This document shows, in pieces, positions 13,283 through 26,629 of a DNA stretch of 64,000 nucleotides (the stretch's first letter is position 1; the number at the start of each line of letters is the position of its first letter). The position numbers were made by a program, and so were the translations under genes. Below the pieces are notes generated by a model, which was not told where the DNA came from, did not search any database, and saw only the letters and a program-made list of their open reading frames with translations. Origin of the DNA: Penicillus capitatus (taxonomy: Eukaryota; Plantae; Chlorophyta); the NCBI GenBank assembly GCA_965649825.1, contig OZ287702.1:1342786-1406785 (forward strand). The letters are read 5' to 3'.

Positions 13283-14337
13283 CTAACGCATGGAGCCTGC
13301 CTCTAACACGTCGATCATGTCGAACACCTTCTTCGGCGTCCCCTGTTCGATGTGCCGCGCGAGGAAAAGAACGGCATCCACCGTCCCCTCGGCGTAAATC
13401 GTACGGCCTCAAGACACGCGAGATGTCAGCAAGGACGGATCGTCCGATCGGATATCGCACCTATGACATTGTGCTGAAATTCGAAGCTCACGGTGTTGTC
13501 GGGAGAGGAGAGGCGGTACGTGTGATAGCCATGGCCTGCAGGAGACACATTCGACGCAGAGACAATGCACAGGGAAGAGTGACCAGAAAGAGCCTCTTTC
13601 GGGACGCCCATGTGCTTCATCTGCGTCTCCGGATCGCGGATCGACACAATCTCCGCCTGCCACACAGCGATGGTCAGATGCGCGCTTCGTCGAAGTCGGA
13701 ATCGGCAGAACCGGATCCATCTTAGCCCCGAGTTTCAGAAACAACGAGGAAATGGCCTTTGCTGTGCCAGAAGTGTCCACTTTGGAAGATTGGTGCGATT
13801 CCGTGACCGAAAGCGAGTAGCCAGAAAACGCACCAGGAAACCTGTCGCTCATGTACTTCAGCATCGCTTGAACCGCCACAATCTGACAGACACCACGATC
13901 GGCGTCTCTCGCGGATGACTCCGGCGACACCTGTTTTCCCATCTGAGGTGCAATCACGGCATAGACCCCTGAATCATGAACGTCTTTCGTGAGCTTTTCT
14001 CTGTCCCCTCCCGTTGTGCCCATCACAAAGTTCAAACCCAAGTCCCCGTACAGTTGCCCGTTCTCTGTTCGGCCATCCACTCATCTGCAACGTGCCATCG
14101 CCGAGGCGGTCTACCGTTCACAACTGAAGGCAAAGTGAAGTCGACGATGATCAAATCGGGATGGTCTTCTTTGATTTCTCGAAGGCGCGTTTCCCTGTCT
14201 TCGATGCCGATGAATTCAACAGATGTCTTGGTTGGACCGTCAATCACCATTCCTTGCTTCTCCGTGACCTCTCTCGGCTCACCAGTTATGGTCATAGGCA
14301 CCAGTGGCAGTCCCGCCCTCAAAACGGCCTCCGCAGC
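13283..14337 (-). pseudogene. DAPB: 5'-truncated DapB (lacks transit peptide and the VNSCTGKVG nucleotide-binding motif)
   Basis: Matches the full copy only from AAEAV onward; the sequence beyond 14337 is unrelated. Confidence 0.85.
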
Positions 14338-14454
14338 GACACCGTAAAAACATCCAGATTGAGTGATCGATTGTCGGTAGAATCATCTTCAAGTGGTAAA
14401 GAAAGTGAACGGCACCTCGGGGTCACGAGTGCCATTAGGAGTATCGTAAACACA

Positions 14455-14665
14455 CATACTAGTCAATTTTCCGCGTTGTTATTAAGCTTGTCCAACGAGG
14501 CAGCCATTAGATCTTTGACGAAGTCTTCTATCGCCAATGTGGCAGAAGTCGCCGGCGGAGCGATCTCGGTCACCCGAATCGGATTTCGTTCGAGATCTAC
14601 CTTCGCCGTTGCCTGAATCGTAGCCAAGCAGACCGGCGTCAAAGTTGCAATGCTCTCAACATCCG
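14455..14665 (-). pseudogene. Possible short-chain dehydrogenase C-terminal fragment
   Basis: TPVCLAT...IRVTEIAPP...EDFVKDLMA resembles the SDR motifs TPVYCATK and V.EIAPP; short and degenerate. Confidence 0.35.
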
Positions 14666-14950
14666 GTTGGCCTAAATCTCACACATTTGCAAGCGATTGC
14701 CTCTCGCCGCGCGACGGAACCTTTATGAATTTACCTGCAACGAAGTGGGCCGAGCGCCGATAGCACGAACAAATCCAGAGGTGTTTCTTGTTCGACTGGC
14801 AGAGGCGCGCGGAAACTCGAAGCCCGAGTTGTCTGGCACATGTTCTGCGTGGCAGCTGGTCGAGTCCACACAATCTCACCCTCGGGTTCTGTTCGGCACA
14901 GTTCCTCCCAGAGTTCTTTTCGCTAGGAATAGTCACGAAATGGACCGAAT
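14665..14950 (-). pseudogene. XPF/ERCC4 fragment 3 (highly degenerate)
   Basis: Similar to 21600-21790 and 36000-36230; ARLCQSNKK followed by a frameshift to SGFVRAIGARP. Confidence 0.6.
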
Positions 14951-16285
14951 ACAAAAAGGAAATCGGCGAATCTTTCGGTGTTTTTTATAGACGAGTTGGA
15001 TTCAATCTTGGTGGATCAACCAGAAGAACACCGAAAACGAAGTGATCTGGCTTTCAAAAAGCTGCTGGGACCGGGAAAGAGTTTACACCAATCAGCCAAA
15101 TTGTCTGCCGAGCAACTGCTGACAAACCTCGGAGAAGCGCCCCATTCATCTGGATTCGCAGACCTTGAATGGTGCTAACGACAGATCAGCTCTGTCTCAG
15201 CAACTCGCTTAGAAGGACCACGAACTCGGAGACAAGGGAAGGGCTGTCATTGATCTAAGCTGTCCTCCTAGAAGTAGACAATTCCCAACGACGAAGCTAA
15301 AGCGAGTGGATTGTTGGAGATGGAACAGCTAAACCGTTGCTAGTCGCCATCGGAGGAGGTTCGGTCGCACATCAACCACCACGGCGCGCTGACCATCAGC
15401 TGCGACGGGTGCCGGCCACCGAATCAGCTCCCTAGTAACCATAGGGCGATGGTTCTCGAACACGCGTTAAAAGTTCGGTGCTGTTAGGTGCTAAAGCTAG
15501 AAAGTTTACAACCATACCGGGCCTTTAAACACGACCATTCCTTGTAAGGTATCTTCTTGAGTTCCCGGTGCTGTCTTCTGAATGTTCGTTATCATCGTCG
15601 GCTCGGGCGCGAGCTCCCAACACGGATGCTTCTCGAGTCGACCAGTTTTCTGGCCAATCGCTTCTTCTCAAAACCCTGCCATCGGCGACTTCATTGCTTA
15701 GAAGAAGAGGAAGGCTATGATGGTGGACTAAGAACAGAGGACGGAGATTACTTGTTTGCTGCAAGCACCCGCTTCCACCAGATTAGAACGGATCTCGCGA
15801 CGAACTTCGGATGAAGGAAGAACGCTCCAACTTTCTCTGGCATGCATTAAAACAGCTTGAGGAATTTCTATCAGCCGTCGCTTAAACATGGAAGCAAGAA
15901 GGAAAAAGGAAGAAGATTGGGATAAGCCCCTAGGATTCCCGAACAAGTGTCCATTCAATCCTGAACACTCCTCTGATGTTTAGCTTAAAAAGATGTGTAA
16001 GACACACCAATTGCATAACTACATATATACGAGTATGGTTGTCAGATGCAGACAGAAGTTCGCAGCTGTTATAAGCTAATATTAGAAATTATTAACCATC
16101 TGGGTATTAAGGGGCGACAAATTCCCTGTGAAGTTATCTCGTGTTCCTGACGTCATATTCGAATGTGCTTTTATCGCTGTTGTTGCGCGTGTTTCGGGTC
16201 CAAGCTTAACGAACGCTATGACATCGACCCCGACAGGTCCTTTCGCCCGTCGAGTCGGGGAGAAGAAAAGACGCGATGTGTCGAA

Positions 16286-17248
16286 ATGAAACGTAAGCCC
16301 TACACGTGGAACCCCGACGCCTACGCAGAGAAAGCCGCCTACGTTTTCCAGCTGGCCGACGCGCTCGTCGAATTGCTCAACCCTACTCCTGGTGAACCAA
16401 ACCGTCGCTGCGACTTCTCGGAGAGTTCTTTGCGCAGGAGAGCGCATTCTGGATCTCGGTTGCGGGACGGGCGAGCTGACTCTCGCCCTGCAGCAACGCG
16501 GCTGCGAGGTTGTTGGCGTAGACCTAAGTCCAGAGATGGTGGCGGCGGCAAGAGAGAAGGGCGTCGACGCGAGAGTGATGGACGGACACTCTATTGCGTT
16601 CGAGGACGAGTTTGATGCTGTGTTCTCAAACGCAGCGCTGCATTGGATGAGCGATGATCCCGGCCGCGTCGTCCAAAGTGAGCAGGCACTCTCAAACTGA
16701 CCATCTTGGTGACGAAGTGTCGACGGGGTACAGATGTCGCGAGAGCTCTGAAGAAGGGAGGAAGGTTCGTCGCCGAGCTTGGCGGAGAGGGAAACCTTCA
16801 GCAGATTACGAGTGCGATGTCCTCTGTCTTGGCTCGTCGAGGGAAAGAACTGCCTGAGATCTGGTCAGCGACCTGAATGAGTGATTTCGTTGTTGGAGAG
16901 GCTTGTGTCTCGTGACAGGTACTTTCCTGGGAAACAAAGCTATGTGCAGCTGCTGGAATCGCATGGCTTCAAGGTCGAAGAGGCGACACTGTTCGCGAGA
17001 GACACTCGCTGTCCTGCTGGTCCTACAGGATTGCTCGAAGTCTGTGGAGGTTTTTTCTTCGAAGGATTGCCGGAATCTGTGCACAAAGAGGTGTCGTCAT
17101 CGTTGTCCCGAGAATGGTTCTGACGACAATCTTGTGTTTTTAGGTCATCGACGAGATCGCAATCGAAATGGAGCCTCTGTGTGTCGATGAAAACGGCGTT
17201 TACCTCGCCGACTACAAGAGGTTGAGAATCCATGCCGTGAAAACGTGA
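16286..17248 (+). CDS. Class I SAM-dependent methyltransferase, copy A2 (5 exons, intact)
   Basis: MKRKPYTWNPDAY...ERILDLGCGTGEL...VVGVDLSPEM...FDAVFSNAALHWM...DYKRLRIHAVKT*. Confidence 0.92.
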
Positions 17249-17505
17249 GAAATCGCCCTAGAAGTACATGGACTGCCGGATCGGCGGACTGGCGTATTCG
17301 GCTTGGTTCTGGCTGATTGAAGACCAGTGTGACGGCGACGGTGACGACTTTTGTGCTAATGTGACATCTCCCTGACGACTTAATATCAGTTTTATTGGCT
17401 GATCCATGAAGGTGACGTAAAATTAAAGTCTTCAGTCGATGGTCGTCACGCTGGTTTTATTAATTAACTTACTTTTTGTTTGCTCCCAATGAACGAATCG
17501 ACTTT

Positions 17506-17595
17506 CATCATCATTTAACATTGTCATTGTCATCATCATTTAACATTGTCATTGTCATCATCATTTAACATTGTCATTGTCATCATCATCATTTA
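17506..17595. repeat. Tandem 25-bp repeat (catcatcatttaacattgtcattgt x3 plus partial) at the LINE 3' tail
   Basis: Perfect units at 17506, 17531 and 17556; the A1 copy has only about one unit. Confidence 0.95.
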
Positions 17596-18960
17596 ATGGG
17601 GTTTATTGTGGCAGTGCATAATGCACATCAACCGCATGAACAAAGACAACACGCTGTTAACATCTCGTTTCACATTGTAATATACGCGGATCATATCCTT
17701 GGTGCCCAAATCAGTCTGCTCAGTTGCCAAAGTAGACCAGACTACCCGAGTGGGCGATTCTTGACAGCCTGGCGAGTGTAACTGGCTCAGTGGGAGGCTA
17801 TGGCCATGGGTTCGATGGCGTAGCAGGGCGGCACTTTGTTCGTCTGGTCGTCTCGACATGCATCCACGACTTTTGTTTTACGCTCAGCAACCAGTTTATC
17901 GCCGATCTGCTACTCGGTGAGGTAGACGGATGCTCCATACGACTGACAGAAGCGGCATTCGGATCAAGCGGGCGGCAAGGTTGGGATGTTTCAGCAAACA
18001 AGGTCGCGTTGTTCGGTTTAAGGCGATGAAGCCACGGAATCTTCAGGGCGGCTGTTGCGAAACTCGCCAGACAGTTAATGCTCGACATGGCTGTAGGACG
18101 TACAACAAATCTGGAGCTCGATGAATGATAATTCCTTGAAACGTTGCGGCACGGGAGCGTTTGGATATGTTGGCCGCCGCACTTCATGAGGATATGATTT
18201 CTGAACTCACGGGTATACAGTTCATTCCAGTGGTCGTGGCTGCAGATCTGATGAACGGAAGGAAGTCGAGATCTCTCAAGATGCGTGCGTCTTTTTGCCT
18301 TGTGGGCAGGCTGGGAGAAATGGGTGGCCGAGGTCTTGGTCGGAAACTCTGATGACACAGCGGCGATCGTTCACACAGTTCTGCAACCGAGATAGCAAGC
18401 ACAGCGGGACTTCTAGGTCTCCCAACCTTCGATGGTAGCATGGAGCCATCGATCGTGTCAAAAGCCGGCGACAGATCTATAGAGGCTGCCAGCATGTCTT
18501 GTCCTCGATCAAGGAATGATTTACCTCTGTCGATGAGGCTGGCCACTGCTGTCTCGCATGGCTCTCGTTTTCCGAAAACCGAACTGCTTGTCGGATAGGA
18601 CCTTGTTTGACTCTGTCCAATGGGCTGGGAGATCCGCGATGATTCTCAAACTGTTTTTTATGACACACAGCAACCCCTCCTGCAGGAGAGGGCACAGTGA
18701 ACAATATGTCAAACCATCCATCGATGGCGATTTACCTTCAGGGCCTCGAGACCTTCGTCCAACACCCCATCACCGTCTTGTTCGGCAGAGGCGACGTCTC
18801 TTTTTCTTTAGCGTCCGAAGGATCCGACATCGTGAGAAGGACAAAGCGCGGCGCACGGAACGGGTTGAAGAATTCCGTATCCCTTGGTTCGATGTACGAC
18901 AGCTATCCTGGAAATGTCGCGTCAGGCAGATGACTACAGATGACTCGTGCGATTGAGAAA
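17506..18960 (-). mobile_element. Degenerate LINE RT fragment, second copy of 838-2228
   Basis: Same motifs (LSDKQFGFRK, IDLSPAFDTID) in the same position downstream of the methyltransferase. Confidence 0.85.
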
Positions 18961-20790
18961 TCTCTCGCTCTTTCTCGAGGGTCGCTTTCAATCGATGGAC
19001 GATGGACTGGACGTGTCATGCCTTCTTCTCTTTATGCCAACACGACGTGCAGGAAACGACGAAGTTCTGCTCGGGCGTCGTGTCTTCTATCTGCATCTCC
19101 GAGTCTTCGACCGTCATCCTCGCTGCGATGCATTGCGACAGACAACCCTCTGTGATTCACCTCTCTATGCGATCTTCTTCGATCTGGCGTTCGGCTCCTG
19201 GAACGATTTCGCATCCCTGGATGCGCCGAGATAGATTCTCTGGAGAAAGCTGTCGATGTCGAATGACGTGGGCGCGTCGGGGATGCACATCCGGCTCTCT
19301 GTATCGTCTGTCTTCCATGAATCTCCCGTCTCTTGGACAGCCATCGGGGAACCGCTGACCCGCCCCACGTCCGAACCCGATTCCTGAGCTCTGCGGCCAA
19401 TTGACTTCTCGTTGGGTTTCCGGCGTGTCGACTGGCTTAGTGGGTGGCATCTGAACGACGCTGCTTCGGACGGAAAGATTTCTTCTGCACGTCGGCACCG
19501 ACGGACGAAGAGAGACGAAGAAGAGTCGGAAGATGAGGTGTCGTCCGATGGTGACGACGGTGCCTTGCTGCTGCTTTCTGACTGTTGCCGAGATTTAGGC
19601 GGCGATGGGACTTCCTAGAAAGGAAGGCGGCACGTGGGTGAGGGGACACTTATTGTCTTGTCAAAGAGGCTTCTTGAGTTTTGAGGGCCACTCACTCTCT
19701 TATGGTTCCAGCAACGTGCTGACTCACCTGCCTAGGAAAGTCGCGTCACTCAGACTGAATAAGAGGTTGAGGACGTATTGTGTTTTGACTTATTGTCTAT
19801 TCGTTGTAAGACCTTTCTTACCTTGACTTCGTCTGTCACTCTGGCCAACGACGAAGTTGAGCGAGACAATACGCGCGCTTTCGTACCATACGCACCATTG
19901 GACCCCACCTTTCAGGAACGCCTAGATCAGTTTCGTCGAGGGAAACACTCGGAACTTCTTCTCCAGGGTGTGGATAAGGTTGTCCACAACCTAGGTATTT
20001 ACGATACCCGAAGAAGCTCCGAGGACCGCAGTACCGACGTCACCTGCGCCCCAAAAGAATTGATGGCCTCCGGATTTTCGGAGACGGACTTTGAAGAAGA
20101 AGAGCAAGCTGTCCAACCGAACGGCGACACTGACGATAAGCTCTCATCGCTCTCTGCAGACGAGCAGATGAGCTATCAAACTCTAACGAAGAAGACATCC
20201 CGCTATCAGATTCAGATGCATCCGTCGTCGGCGCTTAGGAAAAAGAGACGATGCTGTACAGACAAACACAAACACAGAGATTATAAATCAACCAATAGTT
20301 TGAGGTCGTTCAGATTGGCACACTCGCTTCCGTTCAATTCTGATAGCATTGTTTCTTTTTTTGTGTTATTTGAGCTTTTCTGTCTTCTTCGAAGCCGTTC
20401 GGACACAATTCGTCATCATCGATTCCCCCAACGTCCTTGCGGTTATTAAAAGAGAAATGCAAAAGCTTCCAAACAAAAAACGTTCTTGCGGTCCCACGAC
20501 ACTCTTGATAGCAGAATCAACTGCTCAGTTGTGTTGAGAAGTGTAGGTTATTGTTTTCACACCGGTTCAGCAGATCCGAAATGCTCTTGAAACTGTACCC
20601 CCGATCGATCAGAAACTGCTGCCGTTTTTCGAACAAGTACGTTTCCTGCGCGAAGCTAATGTGTAGAAGAAGGCATCAAATTGCTCTTTTCTAAACGCTC
20701 CAGGAGGCTTTTTCTCGAGTCTAAGAATTCTGCCAAGACGCTGCGCCTCCTGGCGACGAGAACCGGCCAATTTAACTTTTGGCCCATGTG

Positions 20791-21790
20791 CTAAACTTTA
20801 CCTTGCATCGCCCATTTTAGCCGATACTTCAGAAAACGTTCTTTGCAGACCGCCAAAACAGACTGCTTTGTTTCGGTGTCGCCATCCGTCTGCCGGATTT
20901 CGAAAAGCAGGTTCTCCAATGCCTCCCACTTCGGAGATCGCTCCAACATGCTGCGCAGATTATTTTTTTGGCCTAAAGATCGCACATCACAGTCGTCCAC
21001 TAGAACAGATGTACGGTAACCGGCAGGGAATCTAGTTTTCTTTCTTTTTCTGTCCTCTCTTAGATTTATAGCATCTCCGTCTTTCTGTTCGGTGAAAACA
21101 CGTCTCCTCGCTTTTTTCAAAGATGCCGAGAGGGTTTTTCTCTTGCAAAATCCAGCTTGAGCGTGTCGCGCGAATCGTTTCAAAGTAGTAGAGTAAATCA
21201 ATGGGATATCGGGGCAGAAGTGCCGAAACCGTAATGCGCAAGTCCTCCAGATCGGAGACTATGCACTTCGACGGGACGTCCCGACGGAACTTAGAGAACT
21301 CATCCGTCTTTGATCACCCCGTCGGAGGTTCTAGACAGACAGTTCGCCGCTGTTGTTCCGGAACTGTGCACATATTCTCACACCTATTCACCCGAGTGCC
21401 ACCAGGTGCATCCCAGTCAACGTCTTCGTCTCTCTGGGCTAATATCCCTGTGCCATCGCGAGTGAAGTAATGGTTTCTGTATCTTCTACATGGCAAACGT
21501 CATCCGCGGAGTGATCTCCTCCATCTGAACAGGGTTTGTCCCAGGTCTGCTTGAATTTTTGCCGGAAACCGTGGGTGAAGAGACCCGCGCAGAACTTACA
21601 GTGTTGTAATTACCCACTTGGCCTACATCTCACATATTCAGGCGAATGTATCTCACTACGCGACGGAACCTTTGCGAATCAGTCTGCAAACGAAACAGGC
21701 TTGTCGCGGATGGCGCGCACAGATCCAGTGGTGTTGCTCGAATGACAGAGGCGCGCGCGGTGAACTCGAAACCCGAGTTGTCCGGCACGT
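20791..21790 (-). pseudogene. ERCC4: XPF/ERCC4 (UVH1/RAD1) fragment 1, helicase-like region
   Basis: GSVRAIRDKPVSFAD*FAKV, MEEITPRMTFAM*KIQ, IVSDLEDLR and LERSPKWEALENLLFEI (human LESNPKWEALTEVLKEI). In-frame stops and a +1 frameshift in an A run. Confidence 0.85.
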
Positions 21791-22555
21791 GTCCGGTGTA
21801 GCGGTGCAAAGAAGACTGCGGCCAACATTGATTGCTTCGCGTGCATTGAGGTCTTGAGGAAACGTGACTTCGTTGTAGACATCCACGATAAACAGATCCT
21901 CGTCTTGGAAATGAAGTTTGGTATTCTGATAGCCGTTTCCTTGATGCGCTCCCAAGTCGATGACCATCACACGTTGAATCGAAGGAACGTGTGATCTGGC
22001 GTAATGTATGGCGCAGGAAACGTCATCGTACGGACACCATCCGGCGCCGCGATTATAGCTCCCGTGGATCATGCCTCCTCCCAGATGAATCGCCCATCCA
22101 CGTTCCAAAGCGATTCCTAGGGCCAAAACGGTTCCCGCGACTTGGTACTTGAGAGGTGTGACGATGTGACGTTGTATCATAAACTGCGGCAGAAGAATCA
22201 GACCCGGCAGCTCCGTCAGACGAATGACGCTCAGCTTCGAAGTGTTCGTCTGTTGAAGATACGATGCCTCATGAACAGCGGCCAGAATTTTGTCGGGCAC
22301 AGGGCCTACTGGACTCGGCTGTTCTCCCTCTCGAACGAGTCCATGCTCAACCAGTACTTGGAAAATCCTTTCCAGTTTCCATGCGTCGAAGCTGTTCAAT
22401 TTCTCGAGGCCGTAGAAAGCAACGTTGTAGTTGCGGCTGTACACAATGGGGAGCTTGTCATTGGAAGGCCACGTGCCCAGGGAGAGATAGTGTTCCTTGA
22501 TACTGGTGCTTGTCGTTTTTAGCTCGACCATCGTGAATGCAGTGCCATCCGCCAT
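21656..22555 (-). pseudogene. 3'-truncated HDAC11-like copy fused to the XPF fragment
   Basis: Near-identical to 62616-63360 up to AINVGRSL, then reads into XPF-derived sequence. Confidence 0.85.
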
Positions 22556-24791
22556 TGGCGTTCGTCTACTGCTGATGCACGTACCAACCGAACGAACGAA
22601 CACGCGGTCGATATGGGCAAGCTCGCGAACGACATGACGACGCAGACGGATGGCGAGAAAGACGGTGTCGCGACGACGACGAAGCCAAGCGTGGCGCAGC
22701 GGCTGAGACAGGCAAGGGAATTGCTCAGTCAAGCTGTCAAGGAGCGCGACACTCGCGCCTTGGTCGGTCGGGTTCTGCGCGAAACCAATGCACTGAAGCA
22801 CGAGTTGACCCCCGCCATTCTGACGGCCTCTGTCAAAGAGATCTATCCCGAGAATCACCGCTGCCGCCGTTCGATCCTGTCGCATCTCGCATCGGTGAGC
22901 CACGATGCAGAGGACAGCGGCGAAGTGGCTGCTGTCATGTCCAGTCCGAAGATTCGATGGAATTGGATTCCAACGGAGTGATGGCGGGAGAGGGGAAGGG
23001 ACAGGTTTTGCCGGAGGTGGAGATGTATTCGTATCTCCTGGCACAGCTCTTCCTGATCGGCAGCGGCAACATCCAGAAGGCAAAGAGCGTCTCGGACGAG
23101 GCCTTCGAGAGACTCGGTTCGTACAATCGCCGCACGCTCGATGCCGTCGGAGCGAAGATCTATTTCTACTACGGATTGGTCTACGAGAAGCTCGATCGCC
23201 TCAAAGAGATCCGGCCGTGAGCGATGCGGTCTGAGAAGGCGACGGACCTGATTCTGTGTGTCTCGCTCACGCGTAGGCAGTTGCTGTGTCGTCTGCAGAC
23301 GGCGGTGCTGCAGCACGACGATATCACGCAGGAGACGCTTCTCAATCTTCTGCTCAGGAACTATCTGCACTACAACCTCTACGATCAAGTGCCGAGTCAC
23401 GGCGCTGCTGACAGAGTGAGACGGAATGTGTGGCAGGCCGAGAAACTGAGATCCAAGGCACCGGAGCCCACGGTGAACACGGCACAGGTGGCGCGCTACC
23501 TGTATTACTGGGGAAGAATCCGTGCGATCCAGCTAGAGTATACCGACGCAAAGGACTGTCTCCTTCAGGCGGCGCGGAAAGTGTGACCAAATGTTCGACG
23601 CGTCAGACGAAGATCGAATCCGTGTGTGACGTCTAGGCGCCCAATTCTGCACACGGTTTTCGAGTGATGGTGAACAAATGGGTCGTTCTAGTGAGCCTTT
23701 TGTTGGGAGAGATCCCGCCCATGAGCGACTTCTTACAGAAAGGGATGTCCAGCGAACTGCATCCCTACTTCCAGGTGACCAAGGCTGTCCGCAGCGGCGA
23801 CCTCAGCGCCTTCAAGTGCGTCAGATCTCGGCCGCTTTCGCCTGCCGCCCAACGAATTGTTTAGAGCCGTGGCGCAACAGTATGCCAGTAACTTCCATGC
23901 CGACCACACGCAGAACCTCATTACCCGTTTACACCACAACGTCCTTCGAACAGGGCTGCGAAGAATCAACATTGCTTACTCCAGAATCTCCCTCAAGGAT
24001 GTCGCCCAGAAGCTGGGACTGGGTCCAGAGGACGATACGGAGCACGTGGTGGCCAAGGCCATTCGGGATGGAGGAATCGATGCCACCATCAATCACGACG
24101 AGCAGTACATGCAGAGCATCGAAGTGGCCGACATCTACTCGACGCAGGAACCTCAGAAAGCGTTCCATGCCAGAATTGCCTTCTGCCTTGACATACACAA
24201 CGAGGTGAGGACGACGTCACGTCATCGATCCCGTGGAGAGATGTGTGGTGGCAGGCCGTCAAGGCCATGCGATTTGACCCCGAGGCTCACAAACCACCCC
24301 TTGAAGATGCCGAAGCCAGAAAAGAACGACTGGCACAGGAACAGGAATTGGCAAAGGCGATTCAAGAAGAAGAGGAAGAGGAGGACTATTGAGAACCCTG
24401 ACCATACCGTTCCATACTCTTTAATTATACAACACACAGCAACGGCGCTCGTCTCTCTCTCTCTTACCGATATTCCGATCACGACTTACGATTGAATCCG
24501 TTCGATACTCTGCTGTCAGGGACAGTGGGTGTTTAAAGGTGTGACAAGAAGGAGAACGGGTAATCGGAGCTGCAATGCGTACGATTGTTCAACGCATCGA
24601 AGCCGCGGCATCGTCTGTCGTCAACACTACTGTGGCCGTTCTGGATTGCGCACGAGTCTGAGTGTCTTCCAGCTTTGATCATCCAGGAGGGTCAGTTCAT
24701 CGATGAAGGCGTCGAACTCTTGATACTTCTCAAAGGGGGCTCTTCTTTCCCGAGCATCGCGGACGAAGTCATCCTTCCGTTTCTGCAGCTT
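21811..24791. repeat. Segmental duplication D1 (5' HDAC + RPN3 + 3' end of downstream gene), inverted copy of 60388-63360
   Basis: Matching translations; boundaries read at gaagactgcggcc and ttctgcagctt. Confidence 0.95.
22613..24392 (+). CDS. RPN3: 26S proteasome lid subunit RPN3/PSMD3, copy 1
   Basis: [96 protein letters not shown]. Confidence 0.96.
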
Positions 24792-26034
24792 GGTGATCAA
24801 ATCCGGAGGAACAATCGCTGGAGGACAGTAATCCCCACCGATCCGATCATAAGCGGCAATCTCTGACACGAAACGCACGTGCGTGTGGGTTCCGTAGATT
24901 GGTGATGGATACCTCTTAAGGTACGTTGCCGGCGAGACTCCATGTCGTCGTGCATCTTGTCGTTGTAAGCAGCACCCATATTATCGTCATCGATGCCGAC
25001 CTCCCACGACTCGCTCGAGGCTTCATGGACAGATAGATCTGACAAAGAAGTCTTGATGTCGCGAGCAGGAGACGAACCGATATCGTCGACCTGCTTCTTG
25101 CTCTGGAATCGACATCTCATCGTCTTCGTTGGGCGCGGATGTTTTTGTCTCTGATCCCAAAACGTCATCTTCACGACGTCTCTCTTCTCTAGTGTCTGAT
25201 TCCGTGCAGTCGCTTTTCCATTCGAGTGTTGTTTTGCCAAGACGTGGCGATGATATGCTCTGTTCGGCAGATCCGTCAACTGGACGGCTCATTGTATCGA
25301 TAAATAACGAGCGTCCCTGTTGACGACCTTTAATATGGCCTTGCTTAGCGAAGGCGGCTTATTCAACACAGCAGCGTCTCCGACGGATGGACAGCTTCTA
25401 AATAGAAGCAGGATGTGTTTGGACAACAGATACGAAATGGAACGAGGAGAGCGAGGTGATAGCGTTGTCGGAATTTCCGATGACGCGTCGGCGTTCCTTG
25501 TCGTACACGTGGCAACGAAGCAAACGGGTGTTGCGCCTTGGGATGGAGGAGATGTATGTAGGTTTATGTGCATTACGTCAGGGAAGCGCTCGAGGATGTG
25601 TCATCACGGACAGCTCAGCGCCGTCTGACGCTGTATGGCAGGCAGCAATGGTCGTATTTTGTAGTATCGCGTTCTGGAATGCACGCAAAACAGCTATCTC
25701 GCTGCGAATCCACAACCAGAATCGTTCGATAAGGGCGTCCGACAAAGAAAGAGACGATCCAGTCGATAGACTGCTTTTTCTCTGCCGTTCAAACATACTC
25801 GCACAACTGCCCTTGGAGAGAGACTGCCAAAAACTGCTCGGATTCTATGTGAGAATGAAATGGGCTGTGCGGTCAGGAATTTGTCTGTACTACTGAAATG
25901 CACCAGAAGACGAACTTGTAAGTTGACCTGGTTCTCGCCTTCCTTGTCAGGTAGAGTCGTGGGTGGATCCGTCTGTATTGTCGTGCCAGGAAACAATCTT
26001 ATGATTTTTAGGCAGCAAAGAATGCGAATGGATG
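24627..26034 (-). CDS. Hypothetical multi-exon protein (gene X), convergent with RPN3; start uncertain
   Basis: Successive protein-like minus-strand ORFs; last exon IAAYDRIGGDYCPP...LVRNPERPQ*; family not recognised. Confidence 0.45.
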
Positions 26035-26629
26035 AAGTCTTAAATGTCATCCGCAGCGACCGTGCCAATTTCAGTTGACGTCCTTCCTTTTGCCTTTCGC
26101 AGAATCCGATCCAGCGGCCTGGCAAGAAGAACGACCGTTAGGTCGAATTCCTTGTGTTTTTGTCGGTTTGTTCTTTTCAGCAGTAAAACCTCAAGAACGC
26201 GACGTTTACGTATTTTGTGCCCCGTGCCGAAGTCTGAACAAATGGCCGAAAACGTAAGGAAGTCGACGTTCCGTTTCTCGCCTCTTACGCTTCGTCCGCG
26301 AACGTGCGCCTCGTTTCTCGCAAAATTCTGCCATGCGCTTTTAACACTTCTCGTGGCACCTCAGTGTTCTGAGTGCCAAGGCGAGTGAGAGGCTATTGTC
26401 AGCTCGCTGGCCATACAAGTAGGATCTTCGAGTCGAGCATTCTTCGGTATCGTACTGATCTCGTGCCATACACTGCTGCGCAACTGCTTCTGGCGAATGT
26501 CTATCGGAGATATCTTGCAGAAAATTACACAGACGACGCTATTAAAAGTGTGCACGAAGACGATGCCGAGAAAGCCATTCACCTGTCGAGTGTAGGCAGC
26601 CGAACTCTCACCCTGTGGCCTGTCTGTAG

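Larger units (their letters stand above)
11324..14337. repeat. Segmental duplication C1 (NAA10/COX15 promoter + COX15 + 3' DapB), inverted copy of 41551-44564
   Basis: Both copies are 3014 bp, and the ORF-track translations in several frames are identical across the core. Confidence 0.95.

Noticed and set aside
14978-15178. FFIDELDS as an AAA Walker B motif
   Set aside because: No Walker A or surrounding fold; a short chance match is likely.
18969-19330. Extension of XPF into HRLKATLEKERE or a C-terminal HhH-like stretch
   Set aside because: The weak resemblances fall in incompatible frames and no ERKxxxD nuclease motif lies between; left unassigned.
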